Made by a program: the position numbers and the translations under genes. Positions 31,256 through 41,896 of a stretch of 64,000 nucleotides of DNA are shown here, in pieces (position 1 is the first letter of the stretch; each line of letters begins with the position of its first letter). The notes beneath the pieces were generated by a model. The model was given only the letters and a program-made list of their open reading frames with translations. It searched no databases and was not told the origin of the DNA. The DNA is from Candidatus Marinacidobacterales bacterium (lineage in GTDB: Bacteria; Acidobacteriota; Vicinamibacteria; Marinacidobacterales; DATDRI01), in assembly GCA_965219415.1 (NCBI GenBank), contig CBDCNP010000002.1:3008001-3072000 (forward strand), in the 5' to 3' direction.

Positions 31256-31470
31256 AACGCGCAGCGGGTCAGCACTTTGCACCTTCCCCAAGGCCGCTTG
31301 AATCCGCTATCGCGGTCGGATACGTATTCCAGTTCAGCGGAAGGAGTCGCGATGGACTGGAAGAGCATGCTGAGCTACATCTCAGGGTCCGTGGATGAGG
31401 AGTTGCTCCTACGCAACGAGTATCTTGTGGCCGAGAATCGAGTTCTTCGAAATCAGCTCAAGGCGAGGAG
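31256..31470 (+). pseudogene. IS-D-like left region and transposase N-terminal remnant (MDWKSMLSYISGSVDEELLLRNEY)
   Basis: Homologous to the start of 30001-31068. Confidence 0.8.
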
Positions 31471-31625
31471 GTTGAGCCAAGTCTTCTTCCCCATAGCAGA
31501 CGTCGATCCTCATAGTCTTCGACGAACTCTCTGGCTGGTACTGTCAAGTTTTCCACGACCTGACGGCCACCCCGAATGAATGAAACGCGGTAGTCTCTGG
31601 AGGTGGAAAACTAGACAATGCCGTC

Positions 31626-32474
31626 TCAAAGGCTGTCGAAGAAATCCTGCCTAGGCTTGACAACTTCAACGGTTTCAGTGCTGATGCCCAATCCGAGCTT
31701 CCTCAGCAGGATGCAAAGATCAATACCGTCGATCAGATCGATAGCCGGTGCTCCGTCCCTCACGGCTTCTCGCTTTGCATCCTGGGTGAACCCTCCTGTG
31801 GTGATGAACAGCCCCTTGTCTGCGCGACCGACCATCGCTCCCCTGAAGTCCCGGATCGCAGACGCACTGACCGAACCCGTGTACCGCTTGCACTGAAAGC
31901 GAACATGAAAGGAGATGAGGTTGACCCGCAACACGCCGGAGCCGTCGATGCCACCGTCGCCAGGGCGGCCCATTACTTCCACCTTCGTAAATCCTGATTC
32001 CCGAAGGACGCGCTGGCAAAGACGTTCAAAGGCGGCAGGCTCCATGCGTCGAACAATGCTCAAAAGGGCTTTTTTCCAATCCTGCTCATCTGTCACATCA
32101 TCTTTGTCAGGTTCGGCGTTCCGCGATCGCCTCGCCTTGTTCTGTTTCGCGCGTCCCAGACGGACTAGATCATGCATTTCCTGCTCCGTCTGAATCCTTC
32201 GGCCAACGTCTGTGATCGTCCAAATGCCACGTGACGTATTGTCGATGGCGCCGGCAAACCGCAGATTAGTTCGCACCCATGCAGCACGATAATCGACTTC
32301 GGATTGTGGGCCATCTTTGTGCGGGACGTCTAAAAGCTTGTCGGGTAGCGCCAGATCGGTAGCCACCTGCTCCGAAAGCTCCTGGATAGAGGCGGAACCA
32401 CCCCGGTCTTTCAATGCTTTGAGGGTTGGCCAATACAAGTCTTTGTCGCTGGGAATTTGGCGCTCGTCAGTCAT
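31626..32474 (-). CDS. mrr: Mrr-family type IV restriction endonuclease
   Basis: Mrr N-terminal wHTH (RGIWTIT) and catalytic FERLC...DGGIDG...QCKRY...FITTG. Confidence 0.93.
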   Translation of the reverse strand: MTDERQIPSDKDLYWPTLKALKDRGGSASIQELSEQVATDLALPDKLLDVPHKDGPQSEVDYRAAWVRTNLRFAGAIDNTSRGIWTITDVGRRIQTEQEMHDLVRLGRAKQNKARRSRNAEPDKDDVTDEQDWKKALLSIVRRMEPAAFERLCQRVLRESGFTKVEVMGRPGDGGIDGSGVLRVNLISFHVRFQCKRYTGSVSASAIRDFRGAMVGRADKGLFITTGGFTQDAKREAVRDGAPAIDLIDGIDLCILLRKLGLGISTETVEVVKPRQDFFDSL

Positions 32475-32502
32475 TCTTCTCGTTCAAATTGTACCACCTG
32501 GA

Positions 32503-32728
32503 TGCGTCTCGACTACCGTGGAAAAAGAACGGTGCCCGTCCTGTGCCAAAACTCGGCCCTTTTGAAGTAGATCATAAATCAGCAGCTTAGACGCCCTTGG
32601 AATCCGCGCAGAATCCAGGGTATTTCGCGCCGCAGGGCTGACTTCCGACCCATGGGCTGGCGGATGAATAAATAGAAGGCACAACCACTACCCGCAGCCG
32701 CGTAGCAACACTTGATGGCGCAAGCACC
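32503..32728. repeat. Stack of ends: G, A-H MITE (32537-32683), B end
   Basis: Recognised terminal motifs. Confidence 0.82.
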
Positions 32729-32796
32729 GGAGAAACAGTAGTATCCTGGGGGCGTCTTTCAATACAGAAGGGGGCAACGCCATTTGGAGGAGAACT

Positions 32797-33060
32797 ATGG
32801 CAAAAGCGCGAGTGTTGACGCGGTTGGAACTAGCCGAGCATTTGAGTGTCGATAAACAGATGGTAACGAAATGGGAGCGGTCTGGGATGCCGGTCCACAC
32901 CAGAGGGCGCGGCGTGGCGTCTCAATTCCGTCTGGGGGAGGTCCGGGCGTGGCTAAGGGTGCGGGAAGCTAAGGCCAAAGCGGCGGAGAAGGCGAAGGTG
33001 CGGGAAGCCAAAGCGGCAGAGAAGGCAGCGAAGGGTACTGTCAAGTTGACGAAAAGCTAG
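32797..33060 (+). CDS. Lambda Nu1-like terminase small subunit / winged-HTH DNA-binding protein
   Basis: GGAGAG RBS. LTRLELAEHLSVDKQMVTKWERSGMPV..RGRG...F...EVRAW resembles the gpNu1 DNA-binding domain; Lys/Ala-rich tail. Confidence 0.65.
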   Translation: MAKARVLTRLELAEHLSVDKQMVTKWERSGMPVHTRGRGVASQFRLGEVRAWLRVREAKAKAAEKAKVREAKAAEKAAKGTVKLTKS

Positions 33061-33070
33061 CTGACCGACC

Positions 33071-33270
33071 TGTGCTCCGCAAAAAATCGATCCGGCGTTG
33101 ATTGCGCGTTTTAGACTTACTATGTCGGCTGCTTCTGGCCGATCTTCTTTTTTGGTGCTTCCGCAATCAAGTGTTGGTGGCTGCCGCGTAACCCGCTCGC
33201 GTGCTAGAGTTTGAGCCTGATTTCCTGACAACCGGCTGAGGATCCTGCCGGTGTAGTGGAAAAAAAGCGC
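33071..33270. repeat. Stack of ends: J (inverted, clipped), B (33154), degenerate G
   Basis: Terminal motifs. Confidence 0.75.
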
Positions 33271-33320
33271 GCAAGGCGTTCGTGAGAGAACTTCGTTGAC
33301 CATCATGGGGAGGCCGCTGG

Positions 33321-33893
33321 ATGGCACGTTCATCTAATCGGACAAGGCAGTGGTCCGAGCTGCTGCACTGGCTCAAGCGATTTCGGGCAGATCCGGACTT
33401 CGAGAAAGGGGAACGGACGTACAAAGTGGCACTTGCCGCCAGAGTCAACGAGGCGCGCAAGCGCATCCGATCAGGACAGGCAGATTGGGAGGACGCGGTT
33501 CGCCGTGCCTTCACCGACAAGGACAATAATCTGACGGGATGGCGGACGCGCTCCAGATTTCTTGAGTGGATGGAACGCGAATCCGACACGTGCAAGGGCG
33601 CGCTGCAGGCCTTGTGGTCGACCACTGGGCCGCCTCCCCCACCGGAAGAGCGCCTACGAGGCTTCTTCGAGCAAGTGCCCGGAAACGTTCTTAAATCGCT
33701 CGGCGAGCGTCTGAACATCGGGTCTTTCCTGATGATGGCGGAGGACCCGGACCGGCTGCCGCCGGTAAAGATCAGCCCATTCCGCAAAGCCTGGAAACTG
33801 GCGGGCCGACAAGTTCGGAGCCGAGCGCGGTCTATGGAGAGATCCTTCGATTCCTGGACGAGCTCGCTGGAGACAGTGCCGGCTGGCCGGCCC
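33321..33893 (+). pseudogene. Hypothetical protein N-terminal fragment clipped by an IS-C end
   Basis: RBS-preceded ORF running into TGTCCATC at 33894. Confidence 0.5.
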
Positions 33894-34765
33894 TGTCCAT
33901 CATCATTATTTGTCCGGGACTGGACTCTAGGCCCGGACTACCCTTGAGCACATGCTGGAGAGCGTGGTCAGCGCGCGAGGGAAGGTGCTGAGGACGAACT
34001 TCTCGGCGACCAGCCGAGTAACGCGAGCGACCAAGCTGACTCAGGCTACCTCTCGCCACTCGTATCGATGGTGCAATCCACCGACTCGCGGCAGTGCGAC
34101 GACTTTCGCCGTAGGAGACGGTCGGTGCGTGACCCGTCTGGTCAAAACACTCGAACGCCCATCGGGTCAGCAGTTTGCACCTTTCCAACGGGAAGCCGCA
34201 TGAGTATTTTGACCTGTGCCTTCTATTTATTCATCCGGGCTGTCCATCATCATTATTAATCCGGGACTGGATCTAGGCCCGGACCGCCCTCGAGCCCATG
34301 CTTGAGAGCGTGATCAGCGCGCGAGGGAAGGTTCTGAGCACGAAATTCTCGGCGACCAGCCGAGTAACGCGAGCGACCAAGCTGACTCAGACTGCCTCTC
34401 GCCACTCGTATCGATGGTGCAGTCCACCGATTCGCGGCAGTGCGACGACTTTCGCCGTAGGAGACGGTCGGTGCGTGACCGCTCTCAAGCTCGGTGTGTC
34501 CTTGTTCAGCCCCAGGTGGCAACGGTCCTCATGATAGTAGCTGATGTAAGCTCGCACGAGCCGGATGAGATGACATGCGCTGAGAACCACGACGTGTTCA
34601 AGGAGCTCGCGACGGCAGCTACCGACCCCGTCCTGTGCCAAAACTCGGCCCAGCCGGCATTGACGAAAGAACTGCGCCTCTCGAAATCAGGCTAAAATTC
34701 TAGCACGCGAACAGGTTACGTGGCGACCGCCAACACTTGACTGCGGAAGCACCGGCGGAAGCACC
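33894..34765. repeat. Cargo-free stack of element ends: C, D-E mini, H, C, A-B, B stub
   Basis: Termini at 33894, 34135, 34215, 34241, 34629, 34753 and 34765. Confidence 0.85.
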
Positions 34766-34803
34766 CCACGGGTGCTCCGCGATAGGCGGGGCGGACACGG
34801 ACT

Positions 34804-36036
34804 CTATGCAGTCGGACGCGGATGCCCGAACTCGCCTACTGGATGACCCGCCGCCAATAGCATCTTCCGAATTCTCCGCAGAAAATCGGGTGATTTCAGC
34901 ATTTCGCTACTAAAGTGAGGACCGGAGGGGAGCACCAAGTCGCATACACGTCCATTTTTATCCAGTTTGTAGAGTATGACAGTGGCTTGTCTATCGGGAG
35001 CCTTTCCTTCGTGAGCTTCTCCTTTTGCTTGTGCCCCCCACCTCTCGGGGAACGACCGCGCGAGCAGCCACATCGAAGCCTCCGCCTTCGGCGGGCTAAA
35101 CTTCGACATGATCGTAGCGTACTTGACCTTCCCGTCTTTCAACTGGCCGTTTAGAATTTCGCCGCCCTTGTATTTCACCGTCTGCTGGATAATCTTGCTC
35201 TCCCCGAGGGCGCTCCGCTCGATGTTCTCGAGGTGAACCAATTCGAAGTGTACCAGGGCCTTCCGGACGGACTCGTAAAATTCATGAAATAGGCCGCTCT
35301 CTACCTTCCCACGTGCGAGCCACCTGCAAAGTGTCTCTGGGGTTATGCCAACGGACTGCGCTGCATCCTTATAGCTCATCCCTGTTCGAACGCACCTGAG
35401 GATCTTCTCTTGGCACTCGGGGGTGAGTTTAGTTTTCCGTCCAGCCATGTTTGGGGGAATCTTAAAATTCACGGAATTGTCCGCTCTTGGCCTCTTTCCT
35501 GGCAATTGCGCAGTTTTATTCTCCCCCATTCGGCGCACACGTCCATTATCCGGTAGGAGGCAAATGACGGTGGGTTGTCTATCGCGAGCCTCTCCTTCGT
35601 GAGCTTCTCTTTTTGCTCGTGGCCCCCACCTATCGGGGAACCGCCGCGCGAGCAGCCACGCCGACCTCTTCCAGTTCCGCGGGCGAGACTTCGTCGCGGT
35701 CGTAGCGTACTTGACCTTCCCGTCTTTCAACTGGCCGTTTAGGATTTCGCCGACCTCGTATCTCAGCGTCTGCCGGGTGATCTTGCTCTCCCCGAGGGCG
35801 CTCCGCTCGATGTTCTTGAGGTGAACCCATTCGAAGTCTGCCAGGGCCTCCTGGACGGACTCGTAAAATTCATGAAATAGGCCGCTCTCTACCTTCCCAC
35901 GTGCGAGCCACCTGCAAAGTGTCTCTAGGGCTATGCCAGCAGACTCCGCTGCCGCCTTATAGGTCATCCCTGCTCGAACGCACTTGAGAATCTTCTCTTG
36001 GCGCTCGGGGGTGAGTTTGGTTTTCCGCCCAGCCAT
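34804..36036 (-). CDS. Tandem two-domain TerS-like HTH protein (410 aa), complete copy
   Basis: Two internal repeats each starting MAGRKTKLTPE and containing WLLARxFPxRWG. Confidence 0.65.
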   Translation of the reverse strand: MAGRKTKLTPERQEKILKCVRAGMTYKAAAESAGIALETLCRWLARGKVESGLFHEFYESVQEALADFEWVHLKNIERSALGESKITRQTLRYEVGEILNGQLKDGKVKYATTATKSRPRNWKRSAWLLARRFPDRWGPRAKREAHEGEARDRQPTVICLLPDNGRVRRMGENKTAQLPGKRPRADNSVNFKIPPNMAGRKTKLTPECQEKILRCVRTGMSYKDAAQSVGITPETLCRWLARGKVESGLFHEFYESVRKALVHFELVHLENIERSALGESKIIQQTVKYKGGEILNGQLKDGKVKYATIMSKFSPPKAEASMWLLARSFPERWGAQAKGEAHEGKAPDRQATVILYKLDKNGRVCDLVLPSGPHFSSEMLKSPDFLRRIRKMLLAAGHPVGEFGHPRPTA

Positions 36037-36828
36037 TTTTGGAATTCTACCATAGGTTTCGCTCTTGATAAAATTGACGATATAGGCCACTCTTGGCCTG
36101 CTCCCCACGCGCGAAACAGGCGTAGAACTTGGCCTTATTGACGCCTGCGACGTCTGCGACCTACCCCCGGCATCCTTAGCCAGAATGCACTCCCGGATGG
36201 TTTTTTGGCGCTCGGGGGTCACTTTGTGTCCATTATTCTCTGTAAACTCCCTGTTTTTCACGGTTACCAGCCGAGACCGGATAGCTCCAAACTGCACTAT
36301 CCGCCACCCAGTCTGGCCAATTGTGGCACTGCAGAGACGCGTGAGATTTTCCGCGCAGTTAGCGGGGTTTTGCAGGATCAGGTGGCACCAGAGACGCGCT
36401 AGAAGGGCGGAACGGACCTCATTTTCGGGATTCGTCTCTAATCCGGATTTTCGAGTGCCACGTTTGCGCCAAAGGGGGAAGTGGGCCGCTGGCAGGGCCG
36501 TGCGGCCGCCCAAAAGAGGCCACCCGAGGGATCCAGAATCGAGGCCGGGGCTACCGTGGCGTAGCGGGCTAGCACGTTCTGGTCCAGGTGTGCCCGGGCT
36601 TCATTGATGCCCTCACTTGCCTCGGATTTTGTATCAACCAGGATCTGGCAAGGCTCGAGAGCATCCCATCCATCGTCGCTCTTTGGCCCGTTATTGATCG
36701 GCCTTTTCTTGGGAAATCAGCCCTTCTGTCCAAATTGCAAGATTTTCCGCAACCGTCGGCTCAGGCCCGTTCGGCCCAAACGTTACACTTGCTAATGACC
36801 ACGCTGGAGCAGGAAGCCGCTGTTATTC

Positions 36829-37557
36829 CTACCACGCCAACCCGGTTCCGCACTGCCGCAGTTCCTCTCGGCGCCGCTCGTAGTCCGGCATAACCCGTCC
36901 GACCGCCTGCCAGTAGTCACGGCCGTGGCCGCGGTGCAGGAGATGCACCAACTCGTGGACGACGACGTAGTCGATGAGCCGCATCGGGGCCTGGATGATG
37001 CGCCAGTTCAGCCGAATCGTGCCACGGTGGTTGCAGCTTCCCCAGCGTTTCTGTTGGTCCGCGACGATGACCCGGGGCATTGGAGTACCCACCTTCGAGC
37101 GCCATGCCTCCACCCGTTCCGGGAGCCGTTCGGCGGCGTGACGGCGGAACCACGACACCAAAGCGGCTCGCACATGGGCGGTCTGATGCGTTTCCCCCAG
37201 CGCGGGTACGTGCAGCCATCCGCCGCGCAGCTTTGCCTCACCGGTCGCGCGCGGATCGACCTTCAAGCGGTAGTGCCGCCCCAGGTACAGGACACTCTCC
37301 CCGCTGACGAACTCGCGCGGCGAAGCGGGCGGAGCCTGGCCTTCCGCACGCCGGAGGCGCCGCACGATCCATTCCGCCTTGCGGGTCACAATTGCGTCGA
37401 GTCGGTCGGTGGCGAGGCGTTCCGGAGCGATCACCAAGACACTCCCGGTGGGCTCTACCGTCACGGCCACCGTCTTCTTCCGACGGGCGCTGCGGCGGAT
37501 AGTGTAGGACACTCGCCTGCTTCCCCAGACGATGGCAGAGGTCTCCGGGGCTGTCAT
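36829..37557 (-). CDS. M48/SprT-like (YgjP/DUF45) metal-dependent hydrolase
   Basis: RWGSC, IDYVVVHELVHL; coupled to hsdR as is common. Confidence 0.92.
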   Translation of the reverse strand: MTAPETSAIVWGSRRVSYTIRRSARRKKTVAVTVEPTGSVLVIAPERLATDRLDAIVTRKAEWIVRRLRRAEGQAPPASPREFVSGESVLYLGRHYRLKVDPRATGEAKLRGGWLHVPALGETHQTAHVRAALVSWFRRHAAERLPERVEAWRSKVGTPMPRVIVADQQKRWGSCNHRGTIRLNWRIIQAPMRLIDYVVVHELVHLLHRGHGRDYWQAVGRVMPDYERRREELRQCGTGLAW

Positions 37558-40199
37558 CTGCCGGTTCTCACCTTGGCCAAGTCCACAATTTCCGCCGCCA
37601 GCGATTCCACTGCTTCGGCGGAGATGCCGCTGGCACGTAGCTGCCGCTTGATCTTGCTGCGCATCTGCCGCTGCAGGTCATCCTTCTGCCACCAGTCGAC
37701 CAGCTCCGTGAAGGGTGTCACGGCCTCGTCGATGAGCGATGCCAGGTCGCGGTTGGCGGCGTTGTACGAAGTGGAATCTCCCCCTTCCGCCATCGGACGT
37801 TGCCGCTCCAGCAGCCCGTAAATGGCAAAGCCACGCCCGTCGAGCCCCATGTCCTGTGCCCGAGCCTGCTCGCCCTTCAGTTCTTCGCGCAGGCTGCTCA
37901 GAAGCGACAGCTGCTTGGCGGCATCGAGCCATTCCAGCCGCCGCTGCTCAATAATCTCTTCCAACCGTTCGCGCAGCGACTGATAGAAGGCTGGGTTTTC
38001 TTCCACGCGGACGTTGATCTCGTGACGGATGGCGTGCTCCATCTCGCTCGCCTTCGCCTCGTCGGTCTTGAGCGCATCGACCTTCTCTTCAAACTCCGGC
38101 GAGAAAAGCTGGACCTTCGTGACCAGGATCTGGATGCCGTCCGCGACTACGGCGTCGGCAATCAGCTTCCGCACTTTCTCGCCGCAGCCCGATAGGTCGA
38201 GCCGGTCATCCCGGTAGCGGGCGCGCGCGGTTCCGCGAATCTTGCCTAGCCAGCGCAGGTCGGCGTTATACGCGAGGGCGCGCTGGTCCGGCAACAGCAT
38301 GTCGATCGATTGGCTGAAGCGGCGGAACGCGAGGTCGAACTCCGCGCGGACATCCTTCGGCTCCAGCACCCGCACACAGGCTTCCAAGTCGTTCTTGTCT
38401 TTGACCATCCGGAAGAACTTCGTCGCCGCCGCGTGTCGGCTCTGAAGCCGCGGCAACTCGTCCATCTTCGGCGTGAGCGCATCCTGGATGTGCGTGGTCG
38501 AGAAGACAGCGAGCGCGTCCTGTAGCTTCGCCGACACGCCCCAGTAGTCCACGACCAGACCGTAGGTCTTCTCCTCCCCGAGCGGCCGGTTCACGCGGGC
38601 GATGGCTTGTAGCAGCGTGTGTTCCTTGAGCGGCCCATCAAGATACATGACCTGCTCGACCGGCGCGTCGAAACCGGTCAGCAGCATGTCGCACACCACC
38701 AGAATGGACAGCGGGTCGTTCCGGTCCTTGAACCGTTCGATGAGCCGGTCTTGTTGCTCCTTGCCCAGATGCCAGCGCGCAAGCCGCTCCTCGTCGTTGT
38801 TGCTCGACGACACGATCAGAGCCGATTCAGGGCCGTTCAGCCGGTCCAGGGTCTCCTTATAAGTTACTGCGGCGTGGCGGCTCGTGGTCACTACCTGGGC
38901 CTTGAATCGATTCGGGGCGATGAACCCGGTGAAATGGTCAATCAGGTCCAGGCAAATCGTCTCGATGCGACGCGGTGCGCTGGCAATCGCTTGCTCGGTG
39001 GCAAACCGCTGCTTGATAGCGGTCCGTTCGTCCTCGGTGTAGTCGGCAAATACACGATCGAACACCTGATCGATGGTCTGTCCGATGATTTGCAGCTCGG
39101 GGAGCCGGCCTCTCATAGAAGATGGGCACCGTCGCCCCGTCCTGAACTGCCTGCTCAATGGTGTAGGTATCGATGTAAGGACCGAACGTCTGCAGCGTGC
39201 TGCGGTCCTTCTTATCGATTGGCGTGCCGGTGAAGCCGAGAAAGCAAGCGTTGGGCAGCGCCTGTCGCATATTCGCAGCCAGGCTCCTGTACTGCGTGCG
39301 GTGGGCTTCATCCACCATGACGAAGATGTTGGTGGCCTCGGACAGGGTCGGGTGGACCGCTCCCCGTTGGTCGGCGTCGGTGATCTCCTGGAATTTCTGG
39401 ATCGTGGTCATCACCGTCCTGCCGGTCGGATGTTCCAGGATTCGCCGCAGATCGCGCACGCTGTCTGCCCGTTCGGGATTCGGGAACCCGCATGCGGTGA
39501 ACACGCCCGCGATCTGCCGATCGAGCTTCGTGCGGTCGGTGACGATCACAATGGTGGGTTGCTGCTGGGCGGCGTCGCGGCGCAGCTTGAGCGCCAGCCA
39601 GAGCATCGTCAGGCTCTTGCCCGAACCCTGCGTGTGCCAAACGATACCGCCGCGCTCGCCAGGCTTCCGGGCCGTCTGAATCCGGCCCATCGCCTCGTTC
39701 ACGGCGATGAACTGCTTATAGCGTGTCAGCTTGCGGACGCTCCGGCCGCCTTCGACCTCGAACACGACGAAGTTCCGCACGATGTCCAGCAGATTGCGCG
39801 GCTTGAGGAGTCCGTACAACAAGACGTCCTGTGGCGTCGGCTTGCGCTTGAGTCTCTCACCGAGCTGCTTCACGGTCAGCGGGTACGGCTCCTTCCATTT
39901 CAGGAAAAACCGCTCTGGCGTGCTGACCGTTCCGTAGACGGCCCGTTCGCCGCAGGTTCCGACGAGAATCTGCGTCGCCTCGAAGAGCTTCGGCGCTCCC
40001 TGGTCCTTCCACTGCGTGCCAGCCTCCTGGTACCGGTGGAGCTGCTGGATCGCCTTCGCCTTCCAAGCATCGCCGATGGTGGGGCTCTTGCATTCAATGA
40101 CGGCGAGCGGGAGGCCGTTGACGAACGCCTCGACATCCGGGACGACGTGCTTCTTCGACCCGAGCACCTTGTACTGTCGGGTAACGATCCATTCGTTGC
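37554..40199 (-). pseudogene. hsdR: Type I restriction subunit, frameshifted near 39110 and 5'-clipped by MITE B2
   Basis: VNGLPLAVIECK, WHTQGSGKS, DEAHR, FTGTP, MLLTGFD and QAIARVNR across two ORFs. Confidence 0.92.
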
Positions 40200-40365
40200 G
40201 GTGCTTCCGTCATCAAGTGTTGGTGATGTGACGCTAAGACGTTACGGTGCATTAAGTTACAGCCAAAATAGCGCTCGTGACCTTCGCTGCGCGCTAAATG
40301 GAGCGTAAGCACCTCTTTTGCAAAGGGATGCGTACACATCACGAACAGTAAACAGCGCAAGCACC
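40200..40365. mobile_element. MITE B2 copy
   Basis: 166 bp, TIRs as at 23625. Confidence 0.88.
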
Positions 40366-40366
40366 C

Positions 40367-41740
40367 CTATCTGTAAAACCGGCCATCCTTGATCACATGA
40401 AGGACCCCGTGCTTGAGCAGCGTGATGTCCTGCAGGGGGTCGCCATCGACGACGATCAGGTCGGCAAATTTCCCTACCTCGATCGTTCCTAGATCGGCGT
40501 CTACCCCCTGCATCTGTGCCGCTCGTAAGGTCGCGCTCTGTATCGCCTCCATCGGAGACAATCCCACCTCGACCAAGTTCGCGAGTTCTCGAGGCAACGG
40601 AACGTGGAAGTTGACGGGCGTTCCCGAGTCACAGCCAGCGACGATCTGCTCCCGGCCTCCTGCCACGATGAATCGACGGAACTTTTGCTTGACAACCTTC
40701 ATTCGCTCACGCGCACCGATCGCCCATGGAATGGACTGAGGACTACTCCAAGACCGGCGCATATAATCGTAAATGTCTGGAGGAAACTGCTTCCGGAAGC
40801 GAGGGTGATCCAGAATCTCTGGAAAATCCAGGACACGGACGTAGGACTGGCGCATCTCCATCGTAGAGACGAAGTAGGGACCGCGGAGAATGTTCGACGA
40901 GGGACCCAGGGCCACCGGCTTCGCACCCCGTACGAGTAGCCTCATGTCCTCGTCGCTGTACTCGGATAATGGACTGGCTGCGAAGACAACGTGCAGTCTG
41001 TCAACACCGGCCCGAACCGCGGTGCGCATGGCGCTCACGTGCCGCGCCTCGGCGTCCACTCCAATGCCAGCCCGATGGGCGGCATCCACCAGCGCCTCCA
41101 ACACCGGCAGTTTCCAAAATCCCCCGATTTGGATCTGATCGATGTTTGATGCGATGAGCTGTTCCGCGGCCTCGCGCGCCGCTTGTGGAGTCGTCAACCG
41201 ATAGAAGTTCGAAACGCCGTCCGCGGCACGATCGCGTTCGGGGTGATTCTCGATGCTTCGCCCTGTCAGGTAGAGACGAGGACCGAGTCTCTTCCCCGAT
41301 TCGATCGCCTCGCGAAGCTGCTTCTGTTCCTCGAGTGGACCGCTCGCATTCCGGAAGCTTGTGACACCGGCCATCAGATTGAGCTCCGCTACGATGGCCA
41401 TGATCTCCGTCTTCCGATCCGCGAAGTGGGAAACGAACTCGCCAGGGTTCCCGGCTCCTATGTGAAGGAGATGACCGTGCGACTCCCAGAGTCCGGGCAT
41501 GACCGTCATGCCATTGGTGTCGATGACCCGCGCGCCAGAAGGAATGGCTATCGCTCCGACCCGGCCGATTGCGTCGATTCGACTGCCCTTCACCAAGACG
41601 ACGGCGTTGTCGAGAGGTGGACCTCCGTACCCGTCGACGAGCCTCCCCCCGGCTAGGGCAAGGGTTTCCGAGCGGGCATCTGCTGATGTGGTAAGCACAC
41701 AAGCGATAAGAACCGAGGCCGCCGATGTCGAGCGGATCAT
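40367..41740 (-). CDS. Secreted amidohydrolase-family protein
   Basis: Signal peptide, PGLWESHGH, GCDSG, GTIEVGKFADLIVVDGDPL. Confidence 0.9.
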   Translation of the reverse strand: MIRSTSAASVLIACVLTTSADARSETLALAGGRLVDGYGGPPLDNAVVLVKGSRIDAIGRVGAIAIPSGARVIDTNGMTVMPGLWESHGHLLHIGAGNPGEFVSHFADRKTEIMAIVAELNLMAGVTSFRNASGPLEEQKQLREAIESGKRLGPRLYLTGRSIENHPERDRAADGVSNFYRLTTPQAAREAAEQLIASNIDQIQIGGFWKLPVLEALVDAAHRAGIGVDAEARHVSAMRTAVRAGVDRLHVVFAASPLSEYSDEDMRLLVRGAKPVALGPSSNILRGPYFVSTMEMRQSYVRVLDFPEILDHPRFRKQFPPDIYDYMRRSWSSPQSIPWAIGARERMKVVKQKFRRFIVAGGREQIVAGCDSGTPVNFHVPLPRELANLVEVGLSPMEAIQSATLRAAQMQGVDADLGTIEVGKFADLIVVDGDPLQDITLLKHGVLHVIKDGRFYR

Positions 41741-41896
41741 CGGGTCACACTCGCTCCATTATCGTCACCACGCCCTGACCACCACCGATGCAGAGGGTGC
41801 TTCCGCCATCAAGTGATGGAATGGACTCCTCCACTGACATAGACGGCATCGATGTGCCAAAGTCAGTCGAATACGCATCGAAAAGGAGGAGTCCAA

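Noticed and set aside
32797-36036. Prophage
   Set aside because: Only TerS-like genes; no large terminase, portal, capsid, tail, integrase or lysis genes in the window.
18440-39311. Frameshifts in IS-A2, IS-C3 and hsdR as programmed frameshifting
   Set aside because: Intact sister copies exist for the IS genes and no slippery motif is evident; decay or sequencing indels are more likely.
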